64,000 nt of DNA from Escherichia phage vB_EcoM-ZQ1, in the sequence record MW650886.1; one strand, 5' to 3'. Positions 9,999-18,619 of the stretch are shown piece by piece. Made by a program: the position numbers and the translations under genes. The number at the start of each line of letters is the position of its first letter. Position 1 is the stretch's first letter. The notes below the pieces were generated by a model, which saw nothing but the letters and a program-made list of their open reading frames with translations, did not search any database and was not told the DNA's origin.

Positions 9999-10145
9999 AT
10001 GTTTTACATGATGTTACTCCTCATCCTTCTGATCGGGATTACCTTTACTCTCCTGGGTCTACCCGATCAGTCCGGTAAACAGTCGCCCACTTCGGCGCAT
10101 CCGGTTTTGTGCGAAGGTTCGTCCGCACTGCTGTGGGCAGTGTAG
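9999..10145 (+). CDS. Small hydrophobic peptide (47 aa, one predicted TM helix)
   Basis: ATG preceded by SD GGAGGG at 7 nt; MFYMMLLLILLIGITFTLLGLP...; below the 60-aa cutoff of the ORF track. Confidence 0.3.
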   Translation: MFYMMLLLILLIGITFTLLGLPDQSGKQSPTSAHPVLCEGSSALLWAV

Positions 10146-11923
10146 CTCAAAGAGGAGAGGACTTTTCAAATTAGCTGGGCTGCAGTAAAGTATTAAGCGT
10201 GAGGCGAACAACGCATCGAGTTAGGCATCTAAAGCCGACCTCGCTAATCCCAGTCTCAGGGGCATGCGTGAATAGAGGCGTGATATCCACCTTGCATGGT
10301 GTCAGTGGACGCACTTGACCGTCGGAGAACGAAACTCCCTGTTGTAGCGTGATTAGCTCAGAATCAGAGAGCACCCTGTTGGCAAGTCGACACCAACATA
10401 TAAGGGGAGGTCGGGGGCGCTAATCTCCATCACGCCGGCAACATTATGAGTCTTCCACAGAGGGTTCATAATGTTGCGTCAAAGGGCAACAAGGTTCCTG
10501 TTGGTTGAATTAACTTGATTCATAGTTCCTACTGATCTTCCCGGATTCGAAGGAGCACCAACAGGCGAGGCCGGATGCGTAAGTTCCGGTAAATCGATGG
10601 TGATACCCTCGCCAACAAAAATAAAAGGTTTTATCAATAACGGGTTACAAAGTATAGTTAACCCACTGAAGCGAAAAGCTGTTTGGGCATTAGACAAACA
10701 CTTCGATGTGAACCCAGGACATGGCGTCTTGTGCTCAAACAGGTTTTCGTTTTCGTTGTGAGTGACTTTGCGGGTTTTTAGAAACTGACCAAGCAAATAA
10801 CTGCTAATGATTCCGAAGTTCTGATGGCGGCGTAACAGCCTATAAGTCAGTGAGGTCTTCCGATTCCTCATCACCAAATTCGGCGCACTAAAATAGACGG
10901 GAGGGTGTGATTAATAATCTCCCGTCGACAATGCCGTTATATCTGACTGTCCAAAGGGGATAAGCTCCTGAGTAAGCAGAGGTGGGTTGCCTAAGTCAGA
11001 TGGGATGTAAGGTCAGCGCTGGCCAAGCATTTGGGTTCGACTCCTAAAAACGGCTCCACATCTTTGAGGATATTCTCACGAGTATCTTGAAAGATGTGAG
11101 CGAAGTCTTGCCATCAGCCCTGATCCCTGGCAGGTGAAGGGCACACAAATCGAAGTGCCTTGACAATTTATCTTAAACCCAAAGGTTGATCTACAAATTG
11201 GACGGCCAATCCGGTGGACGATAACAGCATATTGGGCTATACTGTTGAGTCAGGGCACTTCGATTTGTGAACTTGAGAGAGCGTTGGGTGAAATAGACCA
11301 TGCCTTGCAGATTGCGATGCCTACACATTCCGGACACTGGTGGGCACCAAGAAGAACTCAGTAGCAGACGAGCCATCAGGGTTAGCTACCCGGCGCGGCG
11401 AGGACTGGGAGGCCGAACTAAGGGGAAACCCGAGACAGGCGTAGTATTCTCAAGTTCACAAAATGAAGAGCATTTAAAGAGTTCGATTCTCTTTCAGGCC
11501 ATTCGTGGTGTGATGTGAGTCATGAATGTTCTTCATCTTTGGGTGATTCTATGTTGCCGGGCTATCAACCCATGCTTGCTAGAGCAACCAGCCAGCCTCG
11601 TTTGGTCCGAGCGTTAGAGGACAAGTTGCTTCTACATGGAAGCTGCGAGTTGCGACATTGGTTGCAACTTTGATGGCTCTGGATTTTATAAACCATGTCT
11701 ATGGGTGACGCGGGATCTTTAGTACCAGAGCTATCAAAGTTGTGTCCAACCCGATCTTACAAGCCCGTATCCCGGTCTGGTTAAGACTTGTAAGTGGAAA
11801 GCCCTGGAAAAATAAACGCCTGTGGCGAGGCTATGGTGCAAGCCAAAGACCCACAGAAGCGCATGCCGTGAGGCAGCACAAACAGGCATGCATGAACTGA
11901 TCATGTACAAACGGGATAAAGGG

Positions 11924-11952
11924 TTGACAGTCCTTGGTTGGTACACAATAAT
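11924..11952 (+). promoter_or_regulatory. Possible sigma70-type promoter upstream of tRNA-Met (TTGACA ... AATAAT)
   Basis: Consensus -35 TTGACA at 11924..11929; AT-rich -10-like element follows, but spacing to the tRNA 5' end is tight. Confidence 0.25.
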
Positions 11953-11954
11953 TT

Positions 11955-12031
11955 GGTCCTGTAGCTCAGTCGGTTAGAGCAGTGAACTCATAATTCATTG
12001 GTAGTTGGTTCAAATCCAACCAGGATCACCA
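11955..12031 (+). tRNA. tRNA-Met (anticodon CAT; could also be Ile-lysidine type)
   Basis: Hand-folded cloverleaf: acceptor GGTCCTG/CAGGATC, D-stem GCTC/GAGC, anticodon loop CTCATAA, T-arm GTTGG-TTCAAAT-CCAAC, encoded CCA. Confidence 0.85.
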
Positions 12032-12283
12032 TATTAAGGGGTGTGAAACATGACACTCCGACAAACACAGTAAGCGTTGCAGCCAGCTGTGTATAAAATG
12101 GGATGACTCCACATCGGAAACGATGCCCCAACTTCCAGAAATGGTCGGGCGCAAAGCCTGTAAAGTTCCAGGAGATCGAACCAGAAGGCACTGGTCGCCA
12201 GTTAACCAATCGGCGCTGAGAAGCGCGGGGAGTTGGGCTACGGCAGATCAAATGCTCAATCGGGTGTGAAGCCCGTCCAAATT

Positions 12284-12372
12284 GGAAGGTTGCCCGAGAG
12301 GTTTAAGGGACTCGACTGCTAATCGAGTGGGGCTTTTAGCCCCCGAAGGTTCGAATCCTTCACCTTCCGCCA
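12284..12372 (+). tRNA. tRNA-Ser (anticodon GCT), type II with long variable arm
   Basis: Acceptor GGAAGGT/ACCTTCC, D-stem CCC/GGG, anticodon loop CTGCTAA, variable arm TGGGGCTTTTAGCCCCC, T-arm GAAGG-TTCGAAT-CCTTC, encoded CCA. Confidence 0.85.
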
Positions 12373-12588
12373 AATTACGGTCGTGACTTCCTGAAGAGTT
12401 AGAAGATGTGCATGTCGACTCTCTCGTAATCGGGTGTTTAGGAAGTTAAGAAAATCGCGGCGAGGATAGTGAAATGCAAATAGCTTTCTCTACGTCGACG
12501 ACTTCAGGTTCGACTCCTGACGCGCTCTCCCATAGGGTAGTACCAGTGCAAGCGTGTAGTCTTTCAACCCATCCCATCGATGTGGTGT

Positions 12589-12620
12589 AGCCGGATATCC
12601 TATCCGGCTTTCTTTTTATC
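12589..12620 (+). terminator. Intrinsic terminator downstream of the tRNA cluster
   Basis: Stem AGCCGGATA / TATCCGGCT with loop TCC followed by TTCTTTTTATC. Confidence 0.6.
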
Positions 12621-12741
12621 CCTGTCTTATTATCTTCTTATCGACCCAAGCATGTCCTCCTTTATCGTAGTTTGTTCAATGATACAAAGGGGGTTTAAAA
12701 TTTAACCGTTAACCCCCTATCATAGATTTGAGGATACACTA

Positions 12742-13398
12742 ATGCGTAATGTTTCTATCTGGGAATTGAACGAAGTGATTTCCCATGACACCCCTCCAAT
12801 TGTCAGACTCTTCCGATACAAGGGTGTCAAGCGCACTCTGAATGAGTTCCTGTCGCCTGTTTACGTCTACCGTGATGGCGGGTTCTTCTGCCGCGATAAA
12901 AACATCCCGAACCTTGGTATGACGTTTGATTTGAGTATCAAAGGCCAGGTTGTATTGATGGGTTATGGTAGCCTGGAACAATCTGAGAAAGGCCAGGGCG
13001 CTCCACTTATGGTCTTCGGTTCGTTTGAACAAGCCGTGCACTGGCTGATCAGAAACGGATATGATTTCTATGGCGAAGAAAGCGCCAATTGGCGTCGTCG
13101 CAAGGTCAAGTCTGTTGATCTGGTGGATTTGAATCTGATGTACCAGGCCATGGCTCGCGAGTACGAAAAGAATCTCGTCAAGCCTGTCGCTCAGGAGAAC
13201 AATGTTGTTAACGACGCAACTGAGTCTTCTCATCATGACGTGAACATCGTTCCAGCCTGTGAAACGAAAGCGCCGACACCACCTACTCCTCCGACCAGTC
13301 GTGTTCTGAATGATCAGGGCGCTCCGGTAAAACAAAAGGTCAAGAAGCCGACTTTCATGGAAAACATGATGAAGTTCCTTCGTCTGTTCAAGAAGTAA
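12742..13398 (+). CDS. Hypothetical protein
   Basis: 218-aa ORF with SD GAGGAT; the overlapping antisense ORF 12739..13335 is judged a shadow. Confidence 0.45.
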   Translation: MRNVSIWELNEVISHDTPPIVRLFRYKGVKRTLNEFLSPVYVYRDGGFFCRDKNIPNLGMTFDLSIKGQVVLMGYGSLEQSEKGQGAPLMVFGSFEQAVHWLIRNGYDFYGEESANWRRRKVKSVDLVDLNLMYQAMAREYEKNLVKPVAQENNVVNDATESSHHDVNIVPACETKAPTPPTPPTSRVLNDQGAPVKQKVKKPTFMENMMKFLRLFKK

Positions 13399-13468
13399 TC
13401 CGAGATTCTCCTTTTCTATACTCCTGTAGATACACTATGATAAGCCAATGTCTACAGGAGAAAATAGA

Positions 13469-14662
13469 ATGAACAAGACCATCTTCGATATCCTTTCCCT
13501 CGACCGCAACCTGGTCCATTGGGAAGATTATCTCTACAAGCACACCCCGTGCGAACTTGTCGTCAACCACGAAACCAACCAGCAGGTCTGGTTCAAGCGT
13601 GAAGATTATTTTGCGCCGCTGTCCAATTATGCAAATGGCCAGCAGGGCATCAACGGCAGCAAACTCCGCCAGGCCATCTGGTTGATGGTTGAGCACCTCA
13701 AGGCCGGAGGCTCCCCTGACATCATCCATGGTACTGTCGTTGGTAGTCCGCAGTCCCCTATGGCGACGGCAGTCTCTCGGCACTTCGGCGGCAAGACAAC
13801 CACTGTACTCGGAGCGACCAAACCCACCACCTGTATGAACCATGAAATGGTGAAAATGAGCGCCTGGTTCGGTAGTGAGTTCAACTTCGTCGGCTCGGGT
13901 TACAACAGCACGATCCAGCCGCGCTGTAAGAAGTTGATCGAACAACAGAATCCAAAGGCGTATTATCTGGAGTATGGTATCACCCTCGACCATACAACCC
14001 ACTCCCCTGAGCGCATTGCTGGGTTCCATATGCTGGGTGGCGAGCAGGTTGCCAACATTCCTGATCACATTACTGACCTGATCATCCCAGCCGGATCGTG
14101 CAACTCTTGCACAAGCATCCTGACCGGGCTGGCAATGCATCCGAAGCCTAATCTGAAGCGTGTGTATCTGATTGGCATCGGTCCGAACCGCCTGGACTTC
14201 ATTGAGAGCCGTCTGCGCATCATCGGCAAACATGCCAATCTGCCGCACATTGTCGACTTCACCCGTCGTTATCACGACAACCCAGACTATGTACACGGCA
14301 AGAAGGAGCTTCAGCATGCCTCTAAGAGCGTTTCGCTGGCTGGCCTCCTAAGTGGTATCAGGCAGAAGGAAGAGCCAGAGGTCGTGCTTCCTCGCTTTGA
14401 GGTACACCATTGGGATCTTCATACCACTAATTGGGTTCGTTATAATGACCTGATGGAATATCAGTGGGGTGATATTGAGTTGCATCCTCGCTATGAAGGC
14501 AAGGTCATGACCTGGGTTCAGCAACACAAGCCCGAGTTGCTCAACGAGAACACTCTGTTCTGGATTGTGGGCAGCAAGCCGTACATTGAGCCAATGAAGG
14601 CTGCATGTCCTGAACTGGCTATCCCCGAAGCAGTACCTGTGAACGGATTCACCCCTTCCTGA
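13469..14662 (+). CDS. PLP-dependent enzyme, fold type II (ACC deaminase / D-cysteine desulfhydrase / tryptophan synthase beta-like)
   Basis: Motif GINGSKLRQAIWLM...GTVVGSPQSPMATAVSRHFGGKTTTV resembles the GGNKxRKL...QSNHxRxxAAxA signature of the family; start moved to the ATG with SD AGGAGA. Confidence 0.55.
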   Translation: MNKTIFDILSLDRNLVHWEDYLYKHTPCELVVNHETNQQVWFKREDYFAPLSNYANGQQGINGSKLRQAIWLMVEHLKAGGSPDIIHGTVVGSPQSPMATAVSRHFGGKTTTVLGATKPTTCMNHEMVKMSAWFGSEFNFVGSGYNSTIQPRCKKLIEQQNPKAYYLEYGITLDHTTHSPERIAGFHMLGGEQVANIPDHITDLIIPAGSCNSCTSILTGLAMHPKPNLKRVYLIGIGPNRLDFIESRLRIIGKHANLPHIVDFTRRYHDNPDYVHGKKELQHASKSVSLAGLLSGIRQKEEPEVVLPRFEVHHWDLHTTNWVRYNDLMEYQWGDIELHPRYEGKVMTWVQQHKPELLNENTLFWIVGSKPYIEPMKAACPELAIPEAVPVNGFTPS

Positions 14663-14768
14663 CCCTCCTGAATACCCCATACAATCCGTGTGGGGTATCT
14701 ATGAAAACCTTCCTCCAATATTTCCGGAGAGTCGTCCTGTACAAACCAGACCTCGCCAAGCGGGAAGC

Positions 14769-14779
14769 CTAAATACCCC
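14769..14779 (+). promoter_or_regulatory. Late-promoter-like motif CTAAATACCCC upstream of ORF 14809
   Basis: GCCTAAATACCCCCATATGG about 30 nt upstream of SD GAGGAA and ATG 14809. Confidence 0.4.
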
Positions 14780-14808
14780 CATATGGCTAACCCACTGAGG
14801 AACCTAAC

Positions 14809-15267
14809 ATGCCAACCTCCAAATTGTTTGAATCAGAATACACCAATGACATCCCTGTATGGACTGGTGTTCAAGACGGTATCACGATTGAGCTGTTTGA
14901 TCGTGAAGAGACAGGCGCGGAAGAGATCTATGCAGGCGTTGAAGGCACTGATGTTGTCCGCGCCGCCGTAGCACTTGCTACCTTCCTGGAAGATGCGCCG
15001 ATTGATGGCGTGCCGTTCGAGGCGCACGTAGATCCCAAGGATCCGACCTCTATCATCATTACAGTGAATGGGGTGCCATACACTTCGTACAGTATCGAGA
15101 CGGACGAAGAGGGCAGCGGAGCGCTGTATATTGCCACTGACCTGCAGCTGGAAGACGATGAGATGGATTATCTGATTCAGAACGGGGTGCTGCCACCGTT
15201 TACCGATGAAGAACTGGACACGGAACTGGCCGCCGTCGGGGACGACGAAGACTTCTGGGAAGAATAA
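14809..15267 (+). CDS. Acidic hypothetical protein
   Basis: 152-aa ORF, very acidic C-terminus (DEDFWEE); SD GAGGAA. Confidence 0.5.
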   Translation: MPTSKLFESEYTNDIPVWTGVQDGITIELFDREETGAEEIYAGVEGTDVVRAAVALATFLEDAPIDGVPFEAHVDPKDPTSIIITVNGVPYTSYSIETDEEGSGALYIATDLQLEDDEMDYLIQNGVLPPFTDEELDTELAAVGDDEDFWEE

Positions 15268-15271
15268 GAAA

Positions 15272-15297
15272 AGGGGCTTAACGCCCCTTTCTTTATT
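15272..15297. terminator. Bidirectional intrinsic terminator between convergent genes
   Basis: Hairpin AGGGGC-TTAAC-GCCCCT flanked by A-run upstream and TTTCTTTATTT downstream. Confidence 0.6.
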
Positions 15298-15898
15298 TCA
15301 CCTTGCGAGTTGGATATTGGTTAAAGAGTTTGCCTAGCTTAGACACGTTGATGATCGTTTGGGTCTTCCAGCGCTGGATCCCTTCCGGGGTAGTCACGGT
15401 CAGGATTGAATGCCCCCAAATGTGGGAACCGTCCAGCACCGCCGCGCTGTGGCTACCAATCTTATCTTCCAGTTTGCAAATGAAAGATTCATACTGATGG
15501 GCAGCGTTGCAACGGGCTTCCTTGATGAACAGACGCTGGCGCTCTGGATCGGCCTTGACGATGTTAGGCGCACCCACTTGATAAGAGCGGTTCGGCGGGT
15601 TATTGTCGGCGGTCAGGCTCATATACAAAGACTGCTTTGCCTTCATGCGTTGGTAATCGTGGTGACCCATTCTGATGCCAACAGTTGATGGCCAAGGAGC
15701 GCACTTCTGAAGATCCCAGCCGTTGGCGGCTAGATCGTCCATCACGTTCTTGATGATTTTGTTCGCGTACTGCTCGGCAGCTTCTTCGGCCTGCGACAAT
15801 AGAGGCTCAACAGCGATACGGACAGCAGTTTTTGGTATTGTCATGATATAGCCCTTCAGTTCAAAGTAAGCCCCCGGAGGGGCTTTGTAATTAGACAA
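15293..15898 (-). CDS. Hypothetical protein
   Basis: 201-aa ORF in a minus-strand island between plus-strand blocks. Confidence 0.45.
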   Translation of the reverse strand: MSNYKAPPGAYFELKGYIMTIPKTAVRIAVEPLLSQAEEAAEQYANKIIKNVMDDLAANGWDLQKCAPWPSTVGIRMGHHDYQRMKAKQSLYMSLTADNNPPNRSYQVGAPNIVKADPERQRLFIKEARCNAAHQYESFICKLEDKIGSHSAAVLDGSHIWGHSILTVTTPEGIQRWKTQTIINVSKLGKLFNQYPTRKVK

Positions 15899-16199
15899 AG
15901 ATGAATTTAGAATCTTTGAATGTCAAGCGGGAGCAAACTTCTTCAACCGCGTCAACCACCATAAAATCGTTGAATGCTTTGTGTAGGGCTTTCAGGAAGG
16001 AAGCCGGAACCAGCCCACACGCTGGGTTGTCAAACAAAGCCGAAGAGACGACAGAGTTGAAAGTTGAGTCTGGAGTACAAGACTGGGCAATCATAAGCGC
16101 TTCTGCGTTTCTCACTGCGTGGAACTTAAAGGTAGCAACAACGGTTTCTTTGTTATATTTAGCCAGTTGTGCTTCAAATTGTTCTTTTGTGATTGCCAT
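15891..16199 (-). CDS. Hypothetical protein (start placed at MAITKEQ with SD AAGGAAAT)
   Basis: Track ORF extends to 16286, but the internal ATG at 16199 has a good SD and the extension covers an AT-rich intergenic motif region. Confidence 0.4.
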   Translation of the reverse strand: MAITKEQFEAQLAKYNKETVVATFKFHAVRNAEALMIAQSCTPDSTFNSVVSSALFDNPACGLVPASFLKALHKAFNDFMVVDAVEEVCSRLTFKDSKFIFV

Positions 16200-16294
16200 G
16201 ATGTATTTCCTTCTCTTCAGATTGTTGTTTGTTCGTACTACAATTAGAAGTATACGCCAGTTATTGAAGAAGTAAACTTTATTCAATAAATATT

Positions 16295-16507
16295 TTAATA
16301 AATTTTGAACTCTGCTCCTTTATACACAGCCGACCCTCGTTCTATGAGACCGTCTGGGACAATCACCTTTGTTGGCCAACCACCATCGGGAGCCTTAACA
16401 GTCAGGCGTGTCTTGTGATCACCCAGCTGTGTTTGTTCATAGATCCTTCCGCGTACTATCGTCGCCCCGCCTTGGGTGACGAGCAATCTCTTGTTTACCA
16501 CATTCAT
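16295..16507 (-). CDS. Hypothetical small protein
   Basis: 70-aa ORF. Confidence 0.35.
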   Translation of the reverse strand: MNVVNKRLLVTQGGATIVRGRIYEQTQLGDHKTRLTVKAPDGGWPTKVIVPDGLIERGSAVYKGAEFKIY

Positions 16508-16549
16508 TCCCTAAACACCAAAAGAAAGGGGAGTTTCCTCCCCTTGAAC

Positions 16550-17140
16550 TTATTTCTTCAGATCAGGCCACGCACCAGAGGTCGCAGTAGACCCAGCTGG
16601 GGGAGCAGACTCAAGATCGGGAGAACCCGACTGAGTAACAACAGTGGGATCTTTCTGTACGACCCGAACCCCAAATTGCTTGAGAGCATCCATAGCTTGG
16701 GCTTTTCGCCTGTTGCTTTTGTAGTGGTTGTAGCCTTTGATACCGAATGATGCACTAATTGCTGTCAATAACGAATAGGTATACCATTCAGGTGCGGTAT
16801 CTAGTGCCTGAAGGCCACCGATTACTGCTTTGATGAAATCCCCTTTATGATACTCACCAGGGAACAGAATCAGTTCCACAACCGGAGCAGTCATGACGAG
16901 GATGGCGGGTATGGCCAACACGATAGTCCAGAATTCGTCTTTCCAAGACCCGCCGACTTCGGTAATCTTAGACAGCTCCCAATCTGAGGAGGACTTGATG
17001 GCCTCCAGCTTGACGTCGTGTTTGGCCTGTACAACTTCCCGCTTATATTGGATCAAATCAGTCCCGAGGTTCCAGAGTTGCTTGAGCACCCCTGGGATCA
17101 TACCAACGAGGGGGATTGCCATAATAAACTCCTTGGTCAA
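16550..17140 (-). CDS. Membrane protein (hypothetical)
   Basis: 196-aa ORF with hydrophobic segments (IPLVGMIPGV; WTIVLAIPAILVMTAPVV); minus-strand terminator hairpin AAGGGGAGGAAACTCCCCTT downstream at about 16531..16550. Confidence 0.45.
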   Translation of the reverse strand: MTKEFIMAIPLVGMIPGVLKQLWNLGTDLIQYKREVVQAKHDVKLEAIKSSSDWELSKITEVGGSWKDEFWTIVLAIPAILVMTAPVVELILFPGEYHKGDFIKAVIGGLQALDTAPEWYTYSLLTAISASFGIKGYNHYKSNRRKAQAMDALKQFGVRVVQKDPTVVTQSGSPDLESAPPAGSTATSGAWPDLKK

Positions 17141-17201
17141 TGAATGGCTCTATGGTTAAATATGCCCACGTGCTAACGGCACGGATAACCTGGAGAATTA
17201 C

Positions 17202-18619
17202 ATGACCGTTTTCTATACGAACGTTGCCCGCAGGGGTAATGACCTGTTGATTCGAATTGCAGATGACATGGGTAATCGCCGTCTGTTGAAAAAGAAATTC
17301 GAACCTACTCTCTATTTACCCACGGCTGACTATTCAAATGTTGAAAAGGTCGGTCTTCTCAATGAACCCCTGGTAGCCAAGCAGTTCCCTTCCATGCGTG
17401 ACGCTGACAACTATCTTGAAGAGTACAAGGAAGTCCAGGGTGCTGCCATTTACGGGCAGACCGATTATGCATACCAGTTCATCGCCCATAGCTTTCCTGG
17501 AAAGATTGAGCCGGATTATTCCAACATCCATATTGCTAACCTCGATATCGAAGTGTTCTCCGCCGGGTGGAAAGATGGAAAGATGACCAAAGGTCCATTC
17601 CCTCACCCAACCATTGAGCAGCAGACGTTCAAAGGGAATGAGGCGCGCATTCGCCGCTTCCATCAGCAGGTACTGGCCAACCATGACTTCATCCGTGAGC
17701 ACTTTCCCAGTTCCTTTATCAGCAACAACGTCACTGATCAGTTCCCTATCATTGACAGCAACGGCAAGATCACCCAAGACATGAATGCGGCGTTCCCCAT
17801 TACCCTGATCCAGCTTCAGGATATGGCGACCAATAAGTTCATGGTCTGGGGTATGCCCTGTGCCAAAGACCGCAATAAGTTCGCATACGACACCGAAGAC
17901 AAAGAGATCGGCGGCCTTGAGGTTGTTTATCAGGAGTTCACCACAGAACAAGATCTGCTGCGCTCGTTCCTAGACTTCTGGTCGGAGCGTCAGTTTGATG
18001 GCTGGACTGGCTGGAACATTGAGACGTTTGATAGCCCTTATCTTGTTGAGCGCATGAATCAGGTTCTGGGTGAGGCTGAAACGTCGCGCCTCAGTCCTTG
18101 GGGTATCATTAAGAAGCGTATCATTCGCGATAAGAAGGGCGATATCACGACGTATCAGTTCGTGGGTTGCCCTATGCTCGATTATATGCAGATCTACAAG
18201 AAACACACGTACACCACCCGTGAACGCTACTCTCTTGACTGGATTGCGTATTGTGAGCTGGGTGAGAAGAAGATGGACTACAGTGAGAGCAAGTCGCTCT
18301 TTGATCTGTACTTCAACGACTACTGCAAACACACCCGATATGGTATCAAAGACGTTAAGCTGGTATGGCGACTTGAACAGAAGCTGCGCCTGCTCCAACT
18401 GATGTTCGTCCTGGCCTACCGCACCAAGTCCAACTATGAAGACGGTCTGGGCACTGTGGCTCCGTGGCTGGCCATGTGCTACTATCGCCTGTACGAGAAG
18501 GGGATAGTGCCTAAGATCCAGCGTGTATACGATGGTCCGACCGACTTTGAGGGTGCATACGTCATGGATGTGACACCAGGAATCTACTTCTGGGTCTTCT
18601 CGGAAGATTTGAACTCCCT
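17202..18619 (+). CDS. DNA polymerase, family B (T4 gp43-like), exon 1 (N-terminal exonuclease half)
   Basis: Exo I motif NLDIEV; ORF terminates 5 codons after the sequence DLNSL, which is the first half of polymerase motif A. Confidence 0.75.

Noticed and set aside
10479-10877. 132-aa minus-strand ORF and other short ORFs (10171..10374, 11191..11376, 11300..11518, 11734..11946, 11988..12251) in the ORF-poor region
   Set aside because: No SD, starts often non-ATG, random-looking composition, and two overlap the tRNA genes; more likely non-coding.
11400-11510. tRNA-like T-arm AAGAG-TTCGATT-CTCTT
   Set aside because: No complementary acceptor 5' strand within tRNA distance and no CCA; kept only as part of the structured-region finding.
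12150-12260. Possible minus-strand tRNA containing GGTTCGATCTCC
   Set aside because: T-stem and acceptor pairing could not be built; probably chance resemblance to a T-loop.
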